Shown: one piece after another, positions 1 through 10,859 of the stretch | Layout of the letters: each line of letters begins with the position of its first letter | How positions within the stretch are numbered: position 1 is the stretch's first letter | Assembly: GCF_001194135.2 (NCBI RefSeq) | Contig: NC_068994.1 | Location: 1,648,434-1,712,433, forward strand | From: Octopus bimaculoides | Taxonomy: Eukaryota | Reading direction: 5' to 3' | Length of the DNA: 64,000 nt | Position numbers and translations under genes: made by a program | The notes under the pieces: model-generated | Told to the model about the DNA's origin: nothing | Seen by the model: only the letters and a program-made list of their open reading frames with translations | Database searches by the model: none

Positions 1-41
<41 letters not shown>

Positions 42-105
42 GCCTATATAGGCATATATGAACATACACACACACACACACATGTATATATACCTATATA
101 TATAA
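1..105. repeat. (TA)n/(CA)n microsatellite
   Basis: Directly visible dinucleotide runs; representative of dozens of such tracts in the window. Confidence 0.95.
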
Positions 106-466
106 TTCTCCCCTCATTCTGACTTTCCCCTCTGTCCTTTCCCGTCTCCAGTTGTACAGAACATTTTCAATTTCCTTTGCGTCACTCTGCCTTTTGGCTC
201 CATGGCATTTTTTATTGTTTATTTTTGGGTTGTACATGTGTATTTTATTCTGTTGTGTTTGTTTTCGTCATTGTCCTGTACATTCGTTAGCAATTCCCAG
301 TGGTTTATCGCCACTGGCACCACCAAAAGTGAACAATATCAACATTAAAGGCGTGAATTTGTAAGAATCTTTTGGACGTTGACTGATGAGGAAATAGTTA
401 CAAATTTTCTGTCTGTTATACATATATATATATATATATATACACACACGCACACACACACATACA

Positions 467-1322
467 TGAGGAGGTACCTAAAAGTAACTGGAAATGTTCT
501 TTGTGGGACAAGCTCATGGTAGTTCAGGCTTCTGCCACTAGGAGCCACTTGATGCAACCCTCAGGCATCAGTCTTCTGAACTGTTACATAGTGCATCTTT
601 GTTTTGCACTGCTTCCCCCTTGTTCATTGTGTTTTGCTGAAATGAAGGAACAACATGCTTTTGTGAAATTCTGTTTTTTTGCTGGGTAAACAGTGGCTGA
701 AACAGTTGTCATGCTTCAGACAGCTTACAAAGATGCTGCCATGAGCAAAACACAAGTTTACGAGTGGTTTTCATTGCTTTAGGAATGGTCACTTGTTGCT
801 TGAAGACCAACGTTGTTCAGGGTGACTGTCGAGCGTTTGAACGAATGAAAACATCATGACTGATCTTGAAGGACCGTCACTGTACAATTGACGAATTTGT
901 TGATATGACTGGTTTGTCCTGGAGCTCCCACCAACGAATTTTGAGCAAGGAATTGCAAATGAAAAGAGTTGCAGCAAAATTTGTGCCTCACTTGCTGATG
1001 GAAGATCAAAAGCAGTTCCAACTGAATGCATGCCATGAACTGAAAGAACAGCTGGAAGTTGATCTGGACCATTTTTCAAAGGTCATCACTGATGATGATG
1101 AAAGCAGGTGCAAAAAGAATTTACAGATGTGGAAGAACCGAAGAAGAAAACGACGGAGGCATTAAAAGAGTTCCAGGACTGCTTCGAAGAATGGTCAACA
1201 CACCTGGACCGATGCATTGCTTCAAGTGGAGAATACTTTGAAGATGATAAAAGTGTAAACAGGTAAAACTAAGCGAATAAAATAATATTGCAAAATTCCG
1301 GCTTCTTTTGAGTACCCCCTCA
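467..1322 (+). mobile_element. Internally deleted mariner (Tc1/mariner superfamily) DNA transposon with both TIRs
   Basis: 27-bp imperfect TIRs at 467-493 (tgaggaggtacctaaaagtaactggaa) and 1296-1322 (reverse complement tgagggggtactcaaaagaagccggaa) match at 21/27; TA at 1323-1324. Frameshifted transposase from ATG 642: MKEQHAFVKFCF..KTVAETVVMLQTAYKDAAMSKTQVYEWF (HTH), KRVAAKFVPHLL (WVPHEL-like motif), KVITDDDES (first catalytic D region), and C-terminal FQDCFEEWSTHLDRCIASSGEYFEDD. Most of the catalytic domain is deleted. Confidence 0.9.
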
Positions 1323-3385
1323 TACATACATAAATATATATTGAGAGACGGATAAATATGTCTCTACAATGGATCGTGTAGAAGGTGATGTACTGAATGG
1401 CTCCACAAAGATATTCTCACTGTGTGCATGTATGTGCATGCGTGTTTGCATGTGTGTGTGCATCCATGTGTGCATGTGTTTGTACATGCGGGTATGCATG
1501 CAAGCAAACCCACCAAACTTTCGTGGTGAGAAGGTGGGGTTGTTGGGCACCCTGTAGGATAAAAAAGAGCAAAGAACCCAAGCCAGTCAATGGCCATCCT
1601 GCATTGTGTAAACAATGAAAAAGGGATGATTACCCTATATGTGGAAAGAAGAACAGAATGACAGGACATTACAAAGGTTAGAGGGGGGGGGGGACTCTGG
1701 AATATCATTCGAATGGAGGTCTTGCAAGCCACATTTTGGTATTCAGCAATTGAAAGGATGAATCGTGTGGTTGAATGAAGCACCAGAGTTGGATGTGAAA
1801 GTCAGTTGTTCCATGAATCACAACTTGTTGAGCAGCATCAAAGGATGATGACGGGGTCTTTGCTGAACCTTCATTTGTTAGAGAGACAACCGATCCCAAC
1901 ATTTAACTACACCTTACATACAAGGTATATTGTATAGTGCCATTCTATACAATACTGTTATATTATGCCATCGCATCATTTAAGCCACTCCAATACCACT
2001 TGGGTATTACACTGTCTAAACCACTGCATCTTCATCTCAGCTCCGTTGACAGGAGTGCAATGTCAGAGGTGAGTGACAGTAACTTGTTGTTGAAGAGTTG
2101 CAGAAGAAGTGTGTCATCTTGTAGCAGACCACAATCACTAGTGTTATCCTGCACATCACTGTTTTATGTTGGTTGCTGTTGCAGCAACATGCAACATGCA
2201 ATACATGCACTGATATATGGTGTGACGAGTGCACATTCAGGCTGCAACACATTGCAATGCCTGTCAGCTGACACATTTACAACACACAGAACACCAAATG
2301 TAAGTGTGCAACAATGCTTCATGCTGTGCAGTAATGCATGTTTGCATAATAATCCACAGCAGCAACTGTAAGAGTGCAGCTAAATTGCAGTAGGGTTGCA
2401 GTATTAGCTAGCACAACACGTGACAGTGGCATGTTTAAATGTGTGTGTCCATGGCTGTGTTTGTGCGTGTGTGCATGTGTGTGTGTTGTATATAATTTTG
2501 TGACATAATCTATTTTTTATATATAAGTTAGTCCACAGAGGCTCCCCCATGTGCCTCAGTGAAGGAAAGGAGAAAGTTATCCTGAAACAGAGAGGGCCCT
2601 GAGCGTTTGTAAAAGAAGGGACACAGTTAAAGGCGCACAAGGTCCATGTGTTGGTATTAATATGTGAGATTGAGTCATTTTACTGAGTCACTTTACAATG
2701 TGACACCCTCCTGTGTGCAGCTTCACACACACACATTTCTCTTTATCTGTCGGTTTGTCTGCCTACCTGTCTATCTATCTATATAACACAGTATCTATTT
2801 GTCTATCTATCTGTTTGTCTATCTCTCTGGCTGTCCTCTCTCTCTCTACACACACACCCACATTTGCTGTGTTTTCCATGTGTTGTTCAGAATGGTCATT
2901 TTTGTAGCAGCAGCACAATTATTGTACCCTCCCCCCTACCCGCCACCACTACCACCACCTCTTCAACAACATGAGTTGTCCTCTACACTGAAATATACTC
3001 CTGTATTACAGAGAGAAATCTTCCAACCAATTTCATCCTACTTCTTTCCTTTATTCCTATGCTACTTCTCTTCATAACATCACTGCAACCTTTCTTCGTC
3101 TTCATTTCTCAGTATCTATTTTTAGATTTGACAAATTATGACCAGATTCTATCATGACACTCCAAGAACACAACAACCAGAATATTTACCATCCTTTGTC
3201 GGTTTCTGGTGTTGATCTAGCACCACCCGTATATATATAGCCCTGGTGTTATGGTTACATGCAGTTGCTTGAGTGATAGTTTCTAAAGTCCAATAATTTT
3301 TCCTTCTCTGGCAATTATTCCACAGATATGAAATCAACAAGAGTGCAAGAAAATGTTTTGCAAATTTCAAACTTGTGCTCAACCT

Positions 3386-5830
3386 TCAAATAAGCCAAAC
3401 GTTTATACTTACCAACAGCACAGATGCAGGCCTCCTTTCAGACGTTGAAGTGGTCCACTCACTTTGGGACTCATACTGAGGATAAAATTCCCGACTTGAT
3501 TCCATAAATTGAGTGTTTCTGTTCTTCATTTCGGAATGTCTTGATGCTGGGACTGGTTTTTTTGTCAGAGATATGAAATGACTTTTTTCTCTATTGGCTG
3601 GGATTGTGGTACTAATTTCAGTCGGTTCCAAGTGGCTTCGACCATTGTTACATCTGACAATACACAGGGTTATTGATACTACAATGGCCACAGAGGCGAT
3701 TACAGCGGCCGTTACAATAACAATGACCCAGGTCAAGTTGATCATGTGGTCAGTCTGTAATGGAACAGTGTCCAGTGATGGAGATGTCTTGTTGCTAACG
3801 GTCAGTGTTAAAGACACCATGGTTGTCACTGAGAGAACAGGGGTCCCACTGTCTTTCACAACGAATTTCAAGTCATAGGTACCAGCATCATTTTGGTAAA
3901 CTGTCCGAGCAAAAGACAGTGCCCCAGAATAGGGGTTTATTGCAAACAACTGTTTGTTGTTGCCTTTTACTATGTCATATTTAAGGAATGCATTTAAATG
4001 ACTGTCCCTGTCTGAAGCCCTTAAAATAGTGATCTCTTTTTTACTTTGGGGATGATAGTGGACATTTAAACTGAAAGGGTCCGAACTAGGGAAGGTGAAA
4101 TAAGGGGCATTATCATTCTCATCTAAAACCTCAACAATCACATTGGCTGTGTTATTTAATGAAGGATTCCCGTTATCTTTGACAAATACTTGGAACTTAT
4201 AAACATTCTGTTGTTCTCTATCCAGTGGTATAGTGGTTGAGATAAAACCATAATCAGTTATCTGGAATGGTATCACATGTTTGCTGGTACTCAGCAGAGA
4301 AAAAGTCAGTTGACCTCCAGCTCCCATATCAGGGTCAGTAGCATTTATAAAACCAATGGGAAAGTTTGTTTTCCCATTTTCATAAGTCAGGAATTTAAAA
4401 GATTCTTTTGTAAACTGTGGTTGGACATCGTTGACATCCATCACTTCAATGGAGAACTGTCTCTGAGTCTGTAAAGGAGGGGACCCTTTGTCTTCGCAAG
4501 AAATCGTTATGTCATACCTATCTTGTTTCTCTCTGTCAACAGATTTCCTCAATGTTACCTTATATTCATTTGAACCTAAATCTAAGAGAAGAAATTTTTC
4601 ATGTTCTAAAGAACATTCCACCTCACCGTTCTGTCCAACATCATTGTCAATAACACTGACATAAGCTATGAAACTACCAACTTTGATTCCTTCAGAAATG
4701 GCTGCTGTGTTCTCTTTTATCTGAGTGACAAAGTTGACATCTATTTCTGGTGCCATGTTGTGTTGGTTAACAATATTTACCAGAACCATGGCTATAGAAC
4801 TGAGAGGCGAGCTACCTTGATCTGTAGCTCGCACAAACAATTTATAAGCTTGCTTCCGTTCTAAAGAAATGTCTTTTTGGAGAAATATTTCTCCCGTGAC
4901 TTGATTCAGTCGAAAATGAGATTTGACAGTCTCTGGAGTCTCTGAACTGAAATAATAAGAAACATGGCCATTTTCGCCAAAGTCTGAGTCTTTTGCTGAC
5001 AAAATAACGAGTGGTTTGTTCCTTTGGTATGTATTTTGTATAGAAATATTATAAATATCATTAGAAAACACAGGTGCATTGTCATTAACGTCTGTCACAG
5101 CTATTTTCACATCTAAAGTACTTCGTTTAGGTGGATAACCTCCATCTTTGGCCACCACGCGAATATTATAGGAATCTTTCACTTCTCTGTCAAGTTTTCT
5201 CTCCAAAACAATTCCAAGTTCTGACCTGCCACTTATAGTTTTCCTAACAGACAACGTGAAAGGGCATGATGCCTTCTCAGAGCTGCGTTCTATCTGATAA
5301 GTAATTTTCGAATTGATCACACCAACATCCTTGTCTACAGCATTAGGAATGGATTTCCTCATGCCCTTTCCATCGCCTTCATCAAACTGAAGGCTGACCA
5401 GTTTTTTTGCAAACTCAGGTTTATGGTCATTTATGTCCACAATGACCACTTTCACCTTCAATATTTTCATGAAAGTTTCATCTTGATGGATGGCAATTTT
5501 GAAAATGCGGAAACACTCCATATTATATGTACATAGTTTCTCGGCATCCAATGTCTGTGCCGTGTACAGTTTACCTGCCTTCGTCACGTTGAACAGCTGG
5601 TGTTTGCCATTGCGACGTGGCTTTAATTGGTTAAATGTCACTAAGTTGTGATCTTGGAATGGTAAACTGTCTCTCAAGTGGGAGTCAGCAGCAATGTCCC
5701 CAAGGTAAGTGCCTGAGTATTTCTCCTCCTCCACATGATAGGTAAGGTCAATGCTGTGGCAGCCGGTCAGCCAGGAAAATAATATCACCGACTGTAGTGT
5801 CCACATAGACACCCGATTGATAACATTCAT
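3386..5830 (-). CDS. PCDH: Protocadherin (cephalopod-type): signal peptide, 6 EC repeats, TM and cytoplasmic start in one exon
   Basis: 814-aa ORF. Signal peptide (MWTLQSVILFSWLTGCHS; the start could be Met9 at 5806). Cadherin motifs DINDHKPEF, LDRE, DVNDNAPVF, DVNDVQPQF, DENDNAPYF and AxDxG. C-X5-C (CTYNMEC) in EC1. TM segment WVIVIVTAAVIASVAIVVSITLCIV. A spliced form probably ends this exon at 3413 (codon 806). The symbol is family-level only. Confidence 0.97.
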   Translation of the reverse strand: MNVINRVSMWTLQSVILFSWLTGCHSIDLTYHVEEEKYSGTYLGDIAADSHLRDSLPFQDHNLVTFNQLKPRRNGKHQLFNVTKAGKLYTAQTLDAEKLCTYNMECFRIFKIAIHQDETFMKILKVKVVIVDINDHKPEFAKKLVSLQFDEGDGKGMRKSIPNAVDKDVGVINSKITYQIERSSEKASCPFTLSVRKTISGRSELGIVLERKLDREVKDSYNIRVVAKDGGYPPKRSTLDVKIAVTDVNDNAPVFSNDIYNISIQNTYQRNKPLVILSAKDSDFGENGHVSYYFSSETPETVKSHFRLNQVTGEIFLQKDISLERKQAYKLFVRATDQGSSPLSSIAMVLVNIVNQHNMAPEIDVNFVTQIKENTAAISEGIKVGSFIAYVSVIDNDVGQNGEVECSLEHEKFLLLDLGSNEYKVTLRKSVDREKQDRYDITISCEDKGSPPLQTQRQFSIEVMDVNDVQPQFTKESFKFLTYENGKTNFPIGFINATDPDMGAGGQLTFSLLSTSKHVIPFQITDYGFISTTIPLDREQQNVYKFQVFVKDNGNPSLNNTANVIVEVLDENDNAPYFTFPSSDPFSLNVHYHPQSKKEITILRASDRDSHLNAFLKYDIVKGNNKQLFAINPYSGALSFARTVYQNDAGTYDLKFVVKDSGTPVLSVTTMVSLTLTVSNKTSPSLDTVPLQTDHMINLTWVIVIVTAAVIASVAIVVSITLCIVRCNNGRSHLEPTEISTTIPANREKSHFISLTKKPVPASRHSEMKNRNTQFMESSREFYPQYESQSEWTTSTSERRPASVLLVSINVWLI
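3407..3415 (-). other. 5' splice donor ending the large protocadherin exon (TTG|GTAAGT, phase 0)
   Basis: Minus-strand gtaagt at 3412-3407. 5830-3413+1 = 2418 nt = 806 codons. Only 8 further codons follow before the stop. Confidence 0.75.
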
Positions 5831-5862
5831 GGTTCAATCTCCACTCACAGCACCGACAGCTT

Positions 5863-5895
5863 CTGAAAAAAATCAAACAGAAAAAGAGATGAAGA
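5863..5895 (-). other. 3' splice acceptor 32 nt upstream of the protocadherin ATG
   Basis: Minus strand reads tcttcatctctttttctgtttgatttttttcag|aagctg. An in-frame TGA at 5836-5834 precedes the ATG, so any upstream exon is non-coding in this frame. Confidence 0.75.
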
Positions 5896-6589
5896 CACGA
5901 TTTCACCTGACACTTCATTTACAAAACACACACACACACAAGTTATATCTTACAGGCTATGTCACATCTGTGATACATTACAGTTCAGGATGTAATCTTG
6001 GAGGCGTGTTACATTATATTTCATATAAAGGGCTATGAGCTTGACAAACATCAACAACAACGACAGCAATGACGATGTACCACTGCCACCACTACCACCA
6101 CCACCATGCTATTTCCATCTCAAATTTGCTACATTTATATTTCTGTAGAATATGTCAATTATTTAACTGAATCTTTAGTCATGATTTGTGTGTAAGTTCC
6201 GAGGATCTCCCTTCGTCACTGCCACCATCCATTGTTACTCTCTAATCTCTCCATAAATCCTTTTCCATTCAAATCCCTTCCAACCCAATCCTTTCTCCTA
6301 TACAATTAAACCGAGGCCTTTTAAAGCCCAGCCATAATGTAAGGGAGCTAATCCATGTTAACCAAAAAGTGTCAACGAAGGGAGAGAATCTGGTGTTAAA
6401 TTGTTAGAACCGCCCTATACTCCCTAGGACTCCTCAATAATTAGACCCCTTAATATTGTATTTAATTAATTCATTTATCCAAATAATATTTAGATGTTGT
6501 ACATAAATTTTATTTTCGAAGCAATTTCATTTAACAAGTCACCAGATATGAGGGAGTTTCTTGAATACTTTCTGTTGTGAAGAAAATAA

Positions 6590-6635
6590 CCGATCACTGA
6601 TGAGGTAGTAAATACCACCAAAACTAGTTGAGTGG
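6590..6635 (+). ncRNA. Decayed minimal hammerhead-ribozyme motif in a Penelope-type terminal repeat
   Basis: ccgatca CTGATGA ggtag-taaata-ccacc aAAA ctag T tgagtgg. Stem I pairs at 6/7 and stem II at 4/5; stem III is the palindrome ctag. G12 is changed to A (CpG-type decay) and the H17 position is ambiguous. Confidence 0.65.
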
Positions 6636-8244
6636 ATCTTCTGACTTACGACCACGTCATGGACAAATGAAATCTGGATTAACTCGTGCAAGTACATTTC
6701 ATTGCCAGGCTGTGTGTTTTCCTGATGGCGGCCCAGCTTGGCATATGCCTTAGCCTACATACATACATACATACATACCTACAAATACACATATATGTAT
6801 ATATGTGTGAATATATGGATGTGTAGATAGATAGATAGATAGATGGATGGATATGCTAGTGTTGCCCATTGAATGATGGTTATGCTTGGGAGTATATTTT
6901 TGTCACAATGAGCAATATCAAGAAATATGACAGACATACAATAATTGTAATCTTTTATAAAATTTTTTGGAGTTTATAGAAATCAATGAAATGAATTCTA
7001 ATTTCCAACAAAAAAATATTTATTATCAAATAACAAAACTGAATTAAACAAACGTACAATGCCTTCCATTAATACACTCATTTAGTCTAATGTCTCTATT
7101 CTTCTTTCTTCCTTACTGTGTGTGTGTGTATGTGTGTTTGTGAGTGGGTTGGTGGAGATTAATGTTCCCTTACTCATTGTCTGCCCCCAAGCCTACTATG
7201 TGCACTCATTCTCTACCTCTTACTATATCTGTATTTCACTTTCTTTCTCCCTCCCTCACTCTCCATCACATCAAGTATGACTACAGAAATCTAGCAAGAC
7301 GGAAAAAAAAAACAATCACACATACACACACACACACACAAGCACACTACAATGATCTATCAATCTGCATAATTACACATATATACAGATATCTTCACAT
7401 ATACATACATACATACAAAGAAAGCTGACTTCTCTGACGGTACATACTCCTTGTTGTATGTATGTATGTGTGTATGTATCTATTCAACTGTATGTGTATC
7501 TGTGTGTGTATGTGTGTATGCAGGTGCGTGTTCGCGCTGTGCATTTGAATGCATCTACGACAGGCGGTGTATTTGTTCGTGTGGGTTGGTGAATCTTTGT
7601 ATGTGTGTGTGTCTACGTATGTGTGCGCGTATGTCCATACATGTGAATGTATACACGTGTGTATGTGTGTGCTGTACATCAACAGAGAACCTAACTATAA
7701 TGTAAGGGAGGTAATCTACTACCCGTAACTTCACTCAAGGGAAGCAACCTAGTATTTCTAGCCTTTCCCACTTGAAATTTATTTAAATTCATGCAAACAT
7801 TTTCCACGGTTCTTCATTAGTCTCACCCCCAAAACATTTCATCTTCTCAACTCTTAAATATAATCTCTTCATATATGCATTTAAGAAATTAATTAATACT
7901 TCACACTCATTAATAGTTTTATAATATTAATTTCACAATAGTTTATCATAATAAAATAACTGTCTTAGTGTTTATAGCTTAACAGGAAGATATGTATATG
8001 AAAATACTTCTACTACAATGCTGTAACTTATTGCTATAGTACTATAATAGTACTAGGGTACTATTATAGTGCTATGCTCTCTTCTAATAACGTGGCCGAT
8101 GAGAAAATTGTTTTTACTCTTTGCCTGAATATTTTATAAAAATGCAAATTTGAGAAGACCAGTTTAGTTCTGTCCTGGCTTGTGTATAATGTAAATAGGG
8201 ATATATTACTGACCTTCTTTATAATGGGCTAAGAAAGTGTGGGA

Positions 8245-8291
8245 TTGATTCCTGATGAAGGAGAAATATATATTAAAAATAGTCAGGACAA
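8245..8291 (+). ncRNA. Strongly decayed hammerhead-like motif
   Basis: ttgattc CTGATGA aggag...aaaaa ta GTC aggacaa. Core box and GUC triplet are present, stem I pairs partly, and the 3' strand of stem II is lost. Confidence 0.4.
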
Positions 8292-8414
8292 TTCAATTTC
8301 TTCCAATCTCTCCCTCTGTCTCCCCCCCTCTCTCTTCACACACACACAGATATAAAAACACATACACATCTATATATTTGGGTATATCTATGTATGTATA
8401 TATGTATATTATTT

Positions 8415-8600
8415 ACATTCAATGGATATTTGTCCTCATCTTGTTTGTTGTCAACACAACGTTTCAGCTGATATAACCTGCAGCCTTCATCAGGTGTCTT
8501 GGGGAAATTTCAAACTTGGATTCTCATTCCTAAGGTATTTTTCAATGTTATTATTATTATTCAGGTCACTGCCTGGAATCAAACTCGGAATCTTGGGGTT
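8415..8600 (-). mobile_element. Penelope-type terminal repeat (pLTR-like) fragment carrying a hammerhead
   Basis: Contains the hammerhead at 8453-8498 within non-microsatellite repeat-like sequence; boundaries are approximate. Confidence 0.55.
8453..8498 (-). ncRNA. Minimal type I hammerhead ribozyme motif with intact core
   Basis: Minus strand: gacac CUGAUGA a ggcug-cagguuauau-cagcu GAAA cg U U guguu. Stem I pairs 5/5 and stem II 5/5 (one G-U each). Stem III is the 2-bp palindromic type. Predicted cleavage after GUU, between 8458 and 8457. Confidence 0.75.
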
Positions 8601-8668
8601 ATCCTTCAAATGTAAATAATGTACATAATTCCTCATCTCTTAAATATAGAAATTTACATATAGATAGA

Positions 8669-8736
<68 letters not shown>

Positions 8737-9889
8737 GACGCACATAATCCAAGAGAGTTAGGGGTTGAGGATCCAACCCACTAAGGGATAGTATCTATCC
8801 AATATACTGCTGGGAGGGTACCCAATTATTGTTACCCTAGTGTTATACCAAGTGCAATAAGTGGGTGCGGGTAAAGGGGTATTTACCCTAAATTTATATA
8901 GCAATAAGAAAATGCAGGAGAATATGAGGTACTCATCAACTTGCAGACACTGTACTCTGTTGATTAATCTGTTTATTTTATAACCAAAATGACAATAAAG
9001 ACAATATACAGACACTTATGTCATACCATGTCATATCAACAATTAAGATTTCAAATTTAAAGGACATCTAGCAATCGGAGAAGGGACCCTTCTCCAATTG
9101 CTAGAATGTCTTTGACGCTGAAGAACAATAGTGCATCAGCTCGTAGACATATAGGGTCTGGCTGAAGCAATACAAGGTTGTCTCCCTTTAAATCCATCTC
9201 TGGAGGGAAACAAGGAAACGTTCTTCGGTGTAGAAATAGGGAGCAGTAAGGGAGACGACTCATGAGATACTATGTTGTTAGGACTCCTAAATAATTTTGA
9301 AAAATAAGCATTAAAATTTTTTAAATAATAAAAGATTATGATGGTGGATTTCAGTTTAAACAAGAACATATTTTTATCCATGAAGAAGACGTAGGCTGAG
9401 GGTAAATTGGTACCAATAGAATTAATGGACGAATTGTTTAACTTTGATGATATCATTTAAATTTACTGGTCTAACTATTTAGATTTAATAGAGTATAAAT
9501 TATTCATAATTACTCATAATTAAAGAAGGAAGTATAATTTTAATGGTATGCTTCAATTTAGTTGTGTTAAGTCATTCCAACTCTGTCAATCTCCTCTATT
9601 CCCTACGCATATCACTCCAAGGACCACATCATCTAATATGCCGTTCTTTTATAAAACGTTAATGTGTGTTTTGAGAGATCTCTGCCTGTTCTATTCGACC
9701 CAGTCAAACAAGCACATAGAGACTCCATGTTTGCAGCTAAAAAGGAAAATCGTTTGTTTTAAATATTAGAAACTAGACAATGGCTAATGTTGAAATATTT
9801 AAAATTGGTTTATTGGAGATAGGGCTCAAATGGCATTGTGGTACTGTAGTAGTGGTGGTGGTGGTTACCCAAAAGCAGTAGTGAATTCT

Positions 9890-10115
9890 TTTTGCTATTT
9901 TAACAGAAGCCCAGAATATTTGGGGGAGGGCATAAGTGGATTAACTGAACCCAAATGCTCAATTGGTCGATGTGTTTACATCTCTGTAACTTAGCAGTTC
10001 AGCAAAAATTGACTGATAGAATAAGTACTAAGCTTACAAAGAATAAGTCCTGAGGTTGATTTGTTTAACTAAAGGCGGTGCTCCAGCATGGCCACAGTCA
10101 AATGACTGAAACAAA
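9890..10115 (+). mobile_element. SINE, 3' part (family with ...taaaggcggtgctccagcatggcc...tgactgaaac tail)
   Basis: The same tail recurs at about 24780-24830 (+), 28860-28905 (-) and 62275-62315 (-). Confidence 0.75.
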
Positions 10116-10812
10116 TACGAGAACACATAAATATATATCTATAAGCCAATGAAGGAGACCTCTTCCTGTTATGGAGACGGGAAGAAAACAACAGAAAACT
10201 GACACGGGAAACTTCTATGTGGTCATTTAGCATGCTAGATATAACAACTAAATTTTCCTCTTGTCACATGTTACCATCTTCAATACAAGAAAGCTATATT
10301 AGATATGTGTGTGAATGTATATGTGTATGTCTTTGTATTTATAAGTATGCTTCTGTTATTGTTTGCATGTGTTTTTGTAGGACTTCTTTAATCATTTCTT
10401 CACTGTGTCAGCACTGACTTTGGTTGGGCTAAACAATAACAACAAGAAGAGGAGGAGGAGGAGGTCAGGTAAGTGTCCACCACACCTGAATAAAGAACTG
10501 CTCAGCTTCTCTCCTCCAAGATATGATGCTACTCCCTAATGGCGATTCCTTCCTTCCTCCCCTTCCTCACCCTCTTTCCTTCCATTGATCATTGAATGCA
10601 CTGTTAATGGTTTAAATGGTATAATGGTGGTCGTTAATATGTCTTGTTTGGTGTCCCCTGCTAACACAATAAAGGGACAGACCCATCCCTGAATGGTTGT
10701 TGGTAAGTGAGAAACCACTTAGGAAGACTTCTGGGTATTGTTACAGAGAGAGAGAGAGAGAGAAACAGTTTATATATATAAAGGGGGATGTGGTGGTGGG
10801 AGAGGGCAAGGG

Positions 10813-10859
<47 letters not shown>

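Noticed and set aside
297-317. GC-rich hairpin ccagtgg-tttatcg-ccactgg as a Helitron 3' end
   Set aside because: No CTRR terminus at the expected distance downstream.
1705-1930. Protein-like + frame (MEVLQATFWYSAIERMNRVVE*...)
   Set aside because: Possibly a LINE tail, but no motif I can identify with confidence.
10466-10474. Consensus + strand donor CAG|GTAAGT
   Set aside because: Preceded only by a SINE-like tail and (GAG)n; no acceptor, ORF or partner exon found.
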